DNA of 64,000 nt from Marsupella aquatica (Eukaryota; Plantae; Marchantiophyta). Below, in pieces: positions 26,888 to 38,640 of this stretch; the stretch's first letter is position 1, and each line of letters opens with the position of its first letter. Under the pieces are notes generated by a model. That model saw only the letters and a list, made by a program, of their open reading frames with translations. It was not told where the DNA came from and searched no databases. The translations under genes and the position numbers were made by a program. The DNA is taken from contig OZ316898.1 in NCBI GenBank assembly GCA_973895155.1, positions 1,835,927 through 1,899,926 on the forward strand, in the 5' to 3' direction.

Positions 26888-29045
26888 CTAAAGACTACCC
26901 AACGGCAAAGTGAAGGGCCTGATAAAGCTCCGTCGTGAACTGCATAGGGGGGTCAAGCAATGGAATCCGACTAGATGCCCGGACTCCAACCGCCTCGCCT
27001 CTACGAAGGATAGTGAAGGCCTGTGCACGTTGAAGTGCAATGGACACCCTCTGTCTAAAAAAGGATGTGATAACAGAGACTGGTGGATAAGGCCGCCGCT
27101 TGACATAATGAACCGCACAGGAGCGCAAGAACTGGTCAAAAGTCGGGTGCAGCGCTCCAAAGACCTCCACGGCAAACGGGTAGAAAAGGTCCCCTGGGTA
27201 ACGCGTAGCATAAGCCTCCTCCTTGAGGCGAGCAGCCCTCGTGGCAGCATGACCTGGGATGTGGGCAGCGGACGCCAGGCTCCACTAGTGGGGTCAGCAA
27301 CAACCACATCCCCAAGGGCACGAACACCAGCGCGAGAGAAAACCAAATCGGCCCGACGCCTGTCCGGTACTCCATCCCGGGGTGGTAACACATGTCGTTG
27401 CTCCATCATAACATGATACCCAGAATCACGAGCGATGGCGGCTACCACATCCCAAATGTCATCGTGTGTCGCCGTCCGCTCACTACCATGACCACATCGT
27501 AGGATATGGATTCCCCCCTATCCAAGGGCGCTCCACAAACACATGTGGGTTGCCCAAGGAGGCATGGGTGGGGAAGACCAAGACGGAGGCGCATGGAAGT
27601 GGTGAAGACAAAAGAACTCATACGAAAGGGGGCCCACAATGGGCTCGCAGATAACCAAGCCCCGAACCAACGCCCGAACCGGATAAAAGACGCGCTCGAA
27701 CCAAGTTAGAGGGTGCGTCGGAAAGCATGCTAGAAAGGGTGAATCGGTGCATGCGATCAGAGATCACCTGTTGAACTCAGTCGGGACTGTCCAAAATAAC
27801 TCCCTCAAAAGCAGGGACCACGCTCTGCACATCCTCCGGTAATAAGGACCGGGCATGACGAAGCTGGATCTGAAAAAGGAGAGCTCCGTTCTCCACTCCC
27901 ATGACCGAGTCAGAGAGGATAGGCCGAAGGTCCACAATGAAACGTGACGCCAAGGCGGGGGCCACCTGCGCCCAACTGCCAAGAAATGCACAAGGAGCAG
28001 CAACCACAGCCGAGGACACCCCCAAACCACCTCCCGATGGGGGCAGAGACGCCTGCCTAGCCGCAAAAGAACCATCCTCTCCATCAAGGGCTCCAGGACC
28101 GATGAGGTGACCAAAGACCCGCATCACGGTGGTGTCAAAGGAAGAGAGCAAGGACAAAAACGCTGGGGTGGGGGGGACCGTCCGCAGAAGGTATGATGGT
28201 CGGCGAACAAAACACAAAACCAGAATCAAGAAGGCAATCTGGACATCCCCCAAAGCCACCAGCTGGTCAAGGTGCGCAACATCCTGGTCCAAGGCAGACT
28301 GTAGAAACTCCTGCTCAAGGCCGTCCCCCCAAACGGCACCCCAAGGACCCGAATGCCATCATGTCTAATGGGGATATCAAGAGGGGGGGAGAATGAGTCC
28401 GGGAGAGGAAGACGGGACCAGACCCCACACTTCCTAGGCTGTACTGACAAACCAATAATGGCAAGCTGCTGAACAAAATGGATATAGGCATCTCCAAGAA
28501 GCAAGGCAGGAGCAACAATGTGAGTATCGTCAACAACAGAGGGGAACAAGCAACCTGGAAAAGCACCGGAAGATGCCCGGATGGGCCGAAGATGAGCCAA
28601 GGCAAACAACGCACCACCAAGGGGATCCCCCTGCCGGGTGCCGGACTCTGACATAATGGTGGAGTATGTCCCAGACGCCAGATGGTCAGAGTAGACCAAG
28701 GGGGCAGGGGTCCCATAAAAAGCCCGAGCAAAAGGGATGAGGGATGCAATCTCCCCCCCAGCATCCCGAAGCTCCTCAAAAATCACACGACGGGAGACAG
28801 AGTTGAAGGCATTGGCAACATCCACCTGAATGACCCCCCAATCAGGGTGGAGGTCCAAAACGGCACGCAAGCCATGTACCACGCTCTCACAACCACCCGG
28901 GGTGGCCACGCCGAACTGGTGGGGGAAGAAGTGTGAAGCAAATGGTGCCCTCATTTGTAAACAAATGCATCGGCTAACCAGACGATACAGGACCTCCCCA
29001 ATGGCTAGGGGTCGAACACCACCCGTCTCCTTGGCCAAAGCCATG
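26888..29045 (-). pseudogene. CRE-like ORF, RT and C-terminal endonuclease part (frameshifted)
   Basis: GGVRPLAIGE, QFGV, QVDVANAFNSVSR, GTRQGDPLGGALF, SVVDD, LGVPFG, SLPPSGGGLG, LRLGLPHP..CVCG and RRADLV..LGDVVVADP, spread over at least 5 ORF pieces. Confidence 0.9.
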
Positions 29046-32000
29046 TGTCACTTGCCTATCCAACGATTAATGCGTGCAAACCGTACTTTTCCTTGCTTAA
29101 ACCGTTGGTATCGTATTACGGGGTCGTGGAGGGACGCTATTTGGAGGATTTCCACACCTAAGGATGAGTATGTTTGATTCCGCTCCCGGAAGTGTACTTT
29201 TTGATCAAGTCTACCGACTGGTCTCTCCGTTTTTGATCAAGTCCAAGGGACTGGTCCTACCATCTACAACTCATGCCCACCGGGTGAGTGCTGTCACCAC
29301 CCCCCTCCTCTTTTGGGCAAGCATACCAACATTTACAATAAGATTTGAACACTAGTGACAAGGGCAAATGTTTCCACAACGACACCGACCACACACACTA
29401 GGGGAGGAAAACAAACAACACAAGCAACAACAAGTGACACACAAAATATTGGAACCTCAAGCCAAATCCATATCTCTTGGTGTTTCCCGTAACACATGCA
29501 AGGACAACCCGGCCTCCTGCCGTCTGCCCAACTCCTGCCTCCCGGGGACAAGTGCTACGTTCTCCACCTCACTACTCTGGCTTGAACTTCTCCTAATTGG
29601 TGCGCTACTCACAAAAGCTACTCCAAAGCATCCAAGTACTACGCTGAGTTCCCCCCCCCAACTACTCCGGGGCTCTCCCCCTAAATACCGAAAAAAAACA
29701 CACCAAAGCACCCCTCATGGGGTCACAACGATGGCGGCTACCCTAGCGGCGCCGCTAAAACCCTGCACTAAGAAATCCCTAAACTAAAAAGGCATGCGGC
29801 ACACACATGCTGCTAAAACCCTAAACCCTAAACAAGGGGCCGACGGTGCCTTCGACGGCGCCCCAACTGTACACAGTGAACCCCGAAATTGCAAGGCACC
29901 CCACAATGGCCGAAACTAGGTGCCCTATCAATTGTACTTTTGAGCTTACCCTTGGATAGTCCTTCTCCTTCTGATCCCGAATCACTCAGCCGCACTCGCA
30001 ACGGACATCGGACGCCTGAGTTATGGTCGTTTTCGTATCGCGAAAACACAATTTCGCCGGGCCATAACTTGCTCATCCTGGCTCCGTTTGAGGAGCGCCG
30101 CCTCTTGTTGGAATCAGCTCCGCGAACTCTTTCCAATAAGCCCGTGAGTGACCCCTCACAAAAATTTGGAAATCCAGAGGCCGTACAACCACATCCGTAC
30201 GATTATCTACTCCTCCTCTTCTTCACTCTCGGTGCCCCGGCTTGTGCCCCGTGAGTGGGCCTCCTCTTCATCACTCACGGGAGTGAGTGCCACCTCACTT
30301 TTCTTCTTCTTTACCGGGGTACTCTTCGTGCTGCCGCTCCCTTGCTTCCTCAAAGTGGCCAAGGCCTGCCACGCCTTGATGTACCCCTCACCAATGGTGT
30401 CCTTCCATAGGGTAGCCTCTTCTCCGGACTGCAACTCCAACGGTAGAACTTGCCCTGTGGCCATGGGAGTCCCGGGGGTGACAGACCTGGGTGGCATCCC
30501 TGTACTGACTTGAGCCTCCCGTAATGATTTCCGTACCTCCCGGAGCTTCTTCTCCAAGCCCTTGCTCTTCTCCTGACTCTTCTTGGCTCCATCCAACAAG
30601 GGCCCATACTTCCTACTAACCTCCTTCACCACCATCTCAATAGCCTGGGAGATCAAATCCGGGGAAAGTGTGGAGCTAGGTGTGTCGGGGCTCTTCCGTT
30701 TCCCCAGACTCAAGGCCTCACTCCTCTTTGCTCGTGTCTCAAAGGCGGCCACCTGACTCCGTAGTGCTCCCACCTGGTTTCTCCACTCCACCACTTCTCC
30801 AGAATTCTGCTTCTCTTTGGCCAATGCTTGTCTCAATGCTCCCACCTCTTCTGCTTCCTTGGCCTTGGTGTACAAGGCTCCCTTCAAGTTGGAGATCTCT
30901 ACGTGAGCTGCTTGGAGGAGCTTAACCTTCTCATGAATGGTCCCCTCCTTGGCCTTGATCACCTCCTTCAGAGACAGGGTACTCTGCTCTAACGTCTCTA
31001 CTCTGGCTGTGGTGTGCTTGAGAGAATCTCTCAATGCGTGGACTAGCTTGAGTCCCTCATGGACTCCCTCTCTGAAATCCCGTAGCTCTGCCAGGTAAAC
31101 ATCCGGAATGTTGTAGGCCAGGGGCTCTTTCGGATCTCCCACGAGTGATTCAAGCCACTCCAATGTGTAGTCCTCATCCTGGTTTTCTTCTCCTCTATCT
31201 TCATCCCCACCAGCCGACGATGATTCCTCCGTGAGCTTCCCTATAACGGTAGTGGCAATACTCCGGATCTCCGTGGTGAGAGATGATTCCGTGTCTTCTT
31301 GTCCCGGGGAACCAATCAACCCTTCTGCCCTGGCCAATACAAATGACCCCATCAAATGTACAGCCCCACCTGGTTTCACACTCCCGGGATCAGCGGCCAA
31401 CAGCTTCTTCAACCCGTAGTACCACCATCCGTACACATGGGTTGGGTGGTTTTTGATGTCCATAGCTACCACGAAATGCTCTTCATTCACCACCCCGGAT
31501 TGCACGTTGCCAAGGACCCGTTGATGAACCTTGGCCAGGAATCCCTTATACTCAACATCCTTGACAGCGGAAAGAGGGATGGCAGTGGTGGAGGTGGGAT
31601 TAATCACCCAAGTGGCCACCATCTTCAACGTGAGTTCTCCCCTAATGTGCCGAGGTGTGAATGAGAATTTCTGATTCTCCAGAAACAGCAGCCTAGCCAA
31701 CTCCACATGGGGCACTACACGTTTGAGACATTCAAAGTAGATCCCCTCCATTCGTAACTCCATCCCGGCCTCAATGTCCCAGCTCTTCCCCGGGGGGATG
31801 GTAATCTCCACCTTCATGAATTCTGTAACCCCGGTGGCTTGGAAAATATTCCGACAATCCTCCATCACCTTGGCGGAGGTCTTGGGATAAATTCGACGAA
31901 AAATCCTCCTACCCACCGGCGTGGAACCTGCTGCCAATCCCGTGCTCATCGTAGCTTCTCTCTCTTCTCTCTCCCTTGCAATCAAAGTCTCCACGTAGTC

Positions 32001-33220
32001 ACGGTAAGCAGCCTTGTATCTCCGAATGCGTGCCACACTGAACTCCGGTTGATCTAGCATTCATGCATCCTGAAATCAAATCCTCAATCACCAAATCCCG
32101 TCACCCGTAGCAATGTCAATTCCCTGGCCCGAAACAGCCCCCGCATCCCGATCAATCGATTACTCTCAATTCCCCCAGAAGCCACTCCGTGCTGCTGCCG
32201 CTAATGCCCGGAAGAATCAGGCCACCAAGCCCCACCAATCTACCATGAGAGAGAGCTTCAAAAATAATTAGAAGGTGAGAGCTTTCGGCAAGGTGTTGGG
32301 AGAGAGCTTCGAGTTTTGCTTTCGGCAAGGAGAGGGTCGTGCAAAAGAGGGAGAAAAGAAGGGAAGAAAAAAAACAAAAAATCCCCCCCGACACCTCCTT
32401 TCCCCTTGCGCCCCGGGCCCTCCTTTAATGGCCCTCCCCGGTGCCCTCTTTCGCCTGGCTCGCGGGAGCCCTAAATGCCCTGGGCACGCAGCCCTATGGG
32501 CTCACGGGAGGGTTTTAATACCCCCCTCCTCTTTCCTCTGCCACGGCCCCCGTAGCGCCTCGCCCCGGCTGCCCTTACTCAGCCTGGGGATTCCACATGG
32601 CGGCTCTAGGGCTGCCCCTTATGGGCCCCCAAGTGCTCGCCCCGTCCAGGCCATTTCAGGGGGCCTTTAACCCCCCTTCCGCGACCTTCCTGATCACCGG
32701 CCTCCCGCTAGTACTCGCGGTGCCCCTTAAGGGGGAATTTTAAATTCTCCCCCACACCTCGGCGCCTCGCTTCCTTCAGCTCGCGGGGCTCCCTAAAACG
32801 GGGGATTTAATCCCCCCCTTTCTTCTCCTGAATGCGGCCCTATGCAGGGCTCGCGACAGCCTCCTCCATGTCCAGCCCGGCTCCGGCTGCTCATAAAAAA
32901 AACTGCCCCCTAATCACACTGCCGGGGTCACCTCTACTCAAAAACTTCCTTGCTCCCGGTCCTGTTTTATTTCTTCTTCCCACCAACCTTGCTATTGAGT
33001 TCTCTAAAAATGGCCATAAAATAATGGGGAGTCCCCCAAAGGCAGGGCCCTCCGCCCAACATAATTGCAGAACAATTAGGGGATAAAAATAAATACAGTT
33101 CTTCGGTCACAGGTGATAGAATTAACTTTGAAAAAATGGTTATTTACAATGGTTATTTACACTGCGCAACACTCCGCGACCAAGCTATTCGTGATTTTGA
33201 GTGACGGGGACCCCGTCACA
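29046..33220. mobile_element. 4175-bp TG...CA insertion with a 5-bp TSD; apparent solo LTR (likely Ty3/gypsy type) carrying an ORF
   Basis: CCATG at 29041-29045 and 33221-33225. Termini TGTCAC...GTCACA. No direct repeat between the two ends, and no gag/pol, PBS or PPT seen. Confidence 0.85.
30207..32060 (-). CDS. 617-aa hypothetical retroelement accessory protein (globular N-domain, acidic linker, long coiled coil, basic/acidic tail)
   Basis: Uninterrupted 1854-nt ORF preceded by a pyrimidine-rich leader. Heptad-like stretch LKHTTARVETLEQSTLSLKEVIKAKEGTIHEKVKLLQAAHVEISNLK. NLS-like GKRK and PVKKKK. Confidence 0.8.
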   Translation of the reverse strand: MLDQPEFSVARIRRYKAAYRDYVETLIAREREEREATMSTGLAAGSTPVGRRIFRRIYPKTSAKVMEDCRNIFQATGVTEFMKVEITIPPGKSWDIEAGMELRMEGIYFECLKRVVPHVELARLLFLENQKFSFTPRHIRGELTLKMVATWVINPTSTTAIPLSAVKDVEYKGFLAKVHQRVLGNVQSGVVNEEHFVVAMDIKNHPTHVYGWWYYGLKKLLAADPGSVKPGGAVHLMGSFVLARAEGLIGSPGQEDTESSLTTEIRSIATTVIGKLTEESSSAGGDEDRGEENQDEDYTLEWLESLVGDPKEPLAYNIPDVYLAELRDFREGVHEGLKLVHALRDSLKHTTARVETLEQSTLSLKEVIKAKEGTIHEKVKLLQAAHVEISNLKGALYTKAKEAEEVGALRQALAKEKQNSGEVVEWRNQVGALRSQVAAFETRAKRSEALSLGKRKSPDTPSSTLSPDLISQAIEMVVKEVSRKYGPLLDGAKKSQEKSKGLEKKLREVRKSLREAQVSTGMPPRSVTPGTPMATGQVLPLELQSGEEATLWKDTIGEGYIKAWQALATLRKQGSGSTKSTPVKKKKSEVALTPVSDEEEAHSRGTSRGTESEEEEE

Positions 33221-34060
33221 CCATGAGCCGACACGCCCCCAAGAGCCGAGGACAACAGGCAGAATGCGGCCACCTGCAACATGAGCACACACCTGGAACA
33301 ACTCCTGGAAACCCGATGCCGAGTCATCAGGGGAGAAGCAGTCCCTGAGGTGCTCGAACCTCATCCCAGAGATGCCCCCAGCGGAAAGACGGGGCAAATG
33401 AAGGAAGACAGAGGAAAAAATCTTGCGAGAAAGGGAGAACTCAACCTCCGGAGAGAAGCTCCCAATGAAACTTGGAACCGCGCAAGAAGCCAGGGGATGA
33501 AGGGACCGAAGGGCCGCAACCGTCTCGACCGAAGGAGGAGAGGGGGAAAGGGGAACCAAGGAACGTGCGGCCCGAGAAAACTCCCCCTCCTGTCCCAACA
33601 AAAGGCATCAGCGAAGGCGGCGCTGGACAGGAGGGACCAGAGGTTCCTCCTCAAACTCAGAGGCCCTAGAGGCCAACGCAAGAAGCCGGTGATAGAACTC
33701 CTCCTGAAGCAAAATCCAGTCCCCCGACAAAAACCGTTGCAACCTGGCAATGGTCTCCCTATGCCCAGCCGGGCCCCCACGAGGAGGGAGGGTCAACACC
33801 CAATGAGGAAGCAAGAGGAGTAGGGACCAGGCACCAACATCAGTGGGGTCACGCGCCAGCCGGTCAAAAGGAAGACGAAAGTCCTGCCGAAGCATGGGCC
33901 GCAAGGGCACAGGAATCCGGGTATACAATCGAGGATGCCGAAAACCGGGGTAAAGAGCCGCAAGGACATCCAGGTGGGCCAGCCAATCCCAGGAAGAAGG
34001 GGGGGCCAGACGGGGGAGGGGGAAGGGGGGCAGGGGGGAGCACAGAGGAGGAGGAAGCAC
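33221..34060 (-). pseudogene. CRE-like ORF, N-terminal part
   Basis: RLYTRIP..LLLLPHWVL..RGG..GEFSRAARSL..LRSLHP..SAGGISGMRFEHL. It ends CGGCTCATGG (RLM), which joins ATGGCTTTGGCC (MALAKE) across the insertion. In-frame TGA at 33608. Confidence 0.85.
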
Positions 34061-37000
34061 GAAGAGCGGGACATGAGCGACGATGGCGAGTCAGACCAGA
34101 TGGTTGGTACCAACTGTGACAAGCATCACACTGGACACGGGAATCAGAAGGAGAAGTGGGGGGGAAGAGGGGCGGATCCGGCGAGCTGAACGAGGGGTGG
34201 AAGATGGGGCAGCCATAGGGACAAGAGTGGTAGGTGGTGAACTAGGATAGGAGAGGGGTTCCATGGGAAAATGCTGGGAAAAAGCTGGGATAAAGGGTGG
34301 GGGCAAAGGAAACGAAAATAAATGAACGGAACAATGAGAAAAGAGTACAAGAACAACATCGGAAAGCTCGAGCAAAACAAAACATAAACGAAGGAACAAG
34401 GGATGGATGTCCAAGGCAAAGAACCTCAACCCGGTAGTGGCAAGCCGCGCCGAACACAGAAACCTGGTAACCCGAAGGAACGCCTCCAATGACCGAACGA
34501 AAAAACCCCGCAGGCACGGAGCCAGAGTGCGAACGGGTACCGCCTATGGTGGGGGCCCAGCCCCACCAACCAAACCAGGTCCGGGGCCGCCAAGCACAAA
34601 TCCGCCAAGGAAAACCGGGCCGCCAAGAAACCCAACCCAACTGGGGCCGCCAAGAAACCAAAACCCAACCCGGGGGGGGGGGCGCAACCTTCCCAGGTCC
34701 AGGGCTGTCAAACCCGGGCGCAGGGCCACTCGTCCCGGGCCCAGGGCCACCCTTCCCGGGCGCAGGGCTGAGCCGGGAGCGTCAGCCCAGGCTGACGACC
34801 TCCGCTCCAGGGGGCCGGGGGACCCTCATTATTACCCCCACGCCTCCTGAAACGCACCGCTGCTTCACCGCACCTCGCCCCACCTCCGCTGCTCGCCGCC
34901 GCTGCTGCTCACCAAAAAGATATGGGCTTCCTTAGAAATAAAAAGTGGTATCTGAAAAGGTTTAGCTGTCATCCATCTGCGTCACTCAGGTCCATCCTGG
35001 AATGTTTGTCAACCATTTGGGTACATGCTAATGACTGAGGTAATCTTGGTCACATGTGATACTAGCGTAGTGCCCTTTGGACGTCAATATTTTGTGAGAG
35101 CCAATAGATCTCCTTTCATGTATTTCATGTCACACCGCTGACGATGGTATCCGCTGCATGGCTACTAGAGTAGCCAGAATCCTACAAGACAATCATTCCC
35201 AAGACCAAAGCTTTAATAATAGCTAGCATTGGAACAATAGCGTCTCGTCGCAACTATATAATAATAATAATTTAGGGGTTTCCAATTAAAAAAAATGGAT
35301 TTGAGAGGCGGTCTGTTGACTCTAGGAGTGTCCGTGCAGTTCCCAAGGTACGAGAGTGCTGAAGGGCTCCTTCTGGCGAAGCACGAAGGAGTGCCATGAT
35401 CACAGGACTGTCCGTGCAGTCACAAAGGCCAGGTTTAGGGCCAGGGGCGAGCAGTACCTACCTACCCACCTTGTCCCGAAGCACGAAAGACGGAGTCAGC
35501 AGTGTCATGATCACGACACAGAGGGGGAAGGACTGTCCCGTGCGCACTCACAAAGACATGGAGGTTTAGGACCAGGTTCCTAGTGCCAGGGGCGAGCAGT
35601 ACCTACCCGAACGACGGAGTGACGGACTCAACAGTGTCGTCATCAGAGCACAGAGGGAGGGTGCGACCGAGTGCGTGAGGGACGGCGGATGGGGGGACGC
35701 TATGCGGGCAGGAGTGCGCGTTGGTTGGCACGGACCGCACTTGACGTGCGGGAGGACCAGGCACCGGGCTTCGCGGTCTTACACACGGGCAGCGCTGCAT
35801 GGCACATTTTATCACATTTTTGTTCTGGACAACATACATTTCTGCACATGCACACGAAATATTATTGTTTATCCATCCGAGGCTGGTGGGAAACTTGCTA
35901 ATAACGAAAAAAATCCTGGCCAATACTTTTTTAGTGAGCCCCCACAAACAAAAAGAGGCTATGAAACCCATCAGCAGCAGGAGTTTCATGCACTGTAGGT
36001 TGAATTGAGTAACGGGGTTGTTCTGGAGTTACCACAGAAACCTTTTCACGGGACTAAAGTTATAGCACTCATTCTTTTGGCAAGGTACATTGCAGCTCTC
36101 ATTTGTCCATCTGGCAAGGATTATTGCAGCTGAACGTGCACTGACGAAATGGAGAGCAGTGATAGACCAGAGCAAAGGTCACATTTATGATTTTTACTAC
36201 AGAAAATACAGCCAGGGAGGACCTATCACTTTAGTGGAATGTTTGACACCGTTTTGGGTCATGAGTAATGTGTCACCGTTTAGGTCATGACCCAAATTTT
36301 ATACTCACAATATTCTTGTGTAAGTGTAAGAGGCTATGTACTACCCACAGTTTGTGCTTCTTAGAGTTTTGAGCAACTACTTTTGAATTCAGTATCTGCT
36401 TTGCATCCAATGGAGTCTGATTTTCTTGGGTCCCTCTGAAAACGGATCGCAAAGATCTTTTCAATGAACCTAACACCGTCAAAGTTCAGTTAGAATTAAG
36501 GCACCTTAGAATGACTGTCATTTTCTTGCCACATTTCATGTACACCAAATACTAATAAAGTGACCAAAAAATTGTTTATCTAGCATGTACACAAAATATG
36601 AATACAGTGCCTCAAAGATAAATTAGAGTGCCTCAAAGATAGGATTGTCTCTCAACTTTGGAGGGGGCTATCATTACCCATGATACTGCCATTGATACCG
36701 TCAAAGGCCAAAGTGAGTTTTTGATCTTCCTATTTTTAGTAAACCCACAAGAGAAATTTCATGATGAGCCTATCCAAATCTTGAAGGTGCAGTTTCGTCC
36801 ATCAATGCACTGTAAATTACAAAAAGGAAAATCACAAAATGCCTAATGTATATAGTTTGGTCTTGTTTACATGACATTGTGCGCCATGACGGCCCAGGAA
36901 CAAGAGCTTTGAGGGCTACTATCGCCCATGCTCTGGGGACTACCTACTCACTACTGTGCCCCTTTTGCTTCCATTGATGAGCTGGGGAATGTGCCCTGTT

Positions 37001-37304
37001 CCTTCCCAAAGACAAATAAATAATTATGTAATCTTTCTTTTGAGAGTGAAATCTTCATTGTTTCCCTGGCTGATCCTTGGGTACGGGTGTTTCCTTTTTG
37101 TGTGAATTTTTGCACATTTGTTACCAGGTGAAGTGGCTTGTAAATCATCCAAGGAGGTTTCCAAGAAGTTTCAGTGACTTTTTTGCCAACTAAAACGGTC
37201 CAGATCTGACCTTGCATACATCTACTCGTGATGATGTGACCATACAACTAAAGTATTGCAAGTTTTGCTAAGAAAAATAAAAATAAATATATATATATAT
37301 ATAC

Positions 37305-37385
37305 ATATATATCAAACTGCCAAAAAACAAAGAGCACCCAAGGGGGAGACAAATCCTTAGGAAAGAAACCCAATCAAGGGAGAAA
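37305..37385 (-). mobile_element. Very short 3'-terminal fragment of the CRE-like element at a (TA)n tract
   Basis: ATATATCAAACTGCCAAA..GAGCA..GGGAGACA.ATCC..AAACCCAATCAAGGGA matches 26721-26798. Confidence 0.7.
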
Positions 37386-37693
37386 ACCTTAAATGAGTGC
37401 CACCTGCCCGAAATACAAAAGGAAACCTGATTGGGTACCTACCAATAGAGTAGGATCAATGATTTGCAAAGACTACTTGCATTTTGATGTCTTGACCAGA
37501 AACCTGTTTACTATGTACTTACTAAGTTGCAAAAATTAAACATGGCAATTGTCACCATAGCATATCTCTGCATAGCCCGTGAATGGAGTACAATGATTTC
37601 CACTTTACAAAGTGCAGTCTGAGGGGCTTTACTCTGAGGGGGGTTCCATATCACGCACAAAGTCTGTCAAATAAACACCCTAAAACATAATAA

Positions 37694-38037
37694 TGTTGAG
37701 CATAGACGACATTCGCAACGGCAAGCCCATGAACCATCCAACGCACAAGAGTCAACACAAAGAGATATGTGGTTCACCTTCACATGAGGCTATGTCCACG
37801 AGAACACACAAGAGCTTTATTGCACTCTAGGCCGACCGGCCATACCAAGCATCCACAACACAAGCTCTCTCTATCTCTCAACTAGCTCCGTAACAATGAA
37901 CCTAAGTTCCACCAGGGTCTGGCATCAGCCCTGGCTTAATACACAACAACACTACCGCTAACATTAGCTAAATCATAATCCGAGTTAGACTAACTGTGGT
38001 TAGCTCATGAGTCACAAGACTAGAGCAATATCTAACA
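37694..38037 (-). mobile_element. Ty1/copia solo LTR (344 bp)
   Basis: TG...CA ends with AATAA TSD (37689-37693 and 38038-38042). It is the reverse complement of the LTR at 50505-50849. Confidence 0.93.
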
Positions 38038-38445
38038 AATAAATTATATGTTTAGTGATTTTCCCCCTATATATTTTTTCTTATAATTCTCAAAATAGAT
38101 TAAAACACCCCTAATATTCTTCCACAAAAATTCAAGAGTTTTTACTAAAGCCAAAAAATGCACTATATTTATTTGTGTGTGATGGGTTAGAAGAAAAGAA
38201 GTGAGGACCCCTAGAGGAGAAAATATATTTTACTAAGTAGGCTTGGCCTAAAAAAAAAACCTACCGCCGGCTCAGGAAGGACGTTGTTTAAAAAAGAACG
38301 AGCAAAAAACTACTGGCAGCATCTTTAGCTAGGAAAGTGTGATATAGCATGCTCATCCTTGGAACATGCTTTACTTTTTGTCTTGTAGTGATATTAAGTG
38401 GACAAAATTAAAGAGTAAGACTAGAATACATATTAAATGTGAATA

Positions 38446-38640
38446 AAATCAAATAATATAAATAAGTACATGCAATAAAAGCACATAGTGACCGATGGAA
38501 AGTACAATTTCATTACACAAAGTTGCTACGAGTTGTGCACAATGAAATCAAATAATATAAATAAAGCACATGCAATAAAAGCACATAGTGACCAATGGAA
38601 AGTACAATTCTATTACACAAAGATCCTACGAGTTGTGCAC
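38446..38640. repeat. ~100-bp tandem duplication
   Basis: AAATCAAATAATATA..CATGCAATAAAAGCACATAGTGACC.ATGGAAAGTACAATT..ATTACACAAAG...CTACGAGTTGTGCAC x2. Confidence 0.9.

Larger units (their letters stand above)
26721..34912 (-). mobile_element. Near-full-length CRE-clade-like non-LTR retrotransposon (RT + CCHC + restriction-like endonuclease), interrupted at 29046-33220
   Basis: GC-rich 5' region with GGCCGCCAAG repeats, a single frameshifted ORF and a T-rich 3' UTR. The 5' boundary is approximate and no TSD was found. Confidence 0.85.

Noticed and set aside
34091-34935. Several 80-148 aa ORFs on both strands
   Set aside because: GC-rich repetitive 5' region of the CRE element with no protein motifs.
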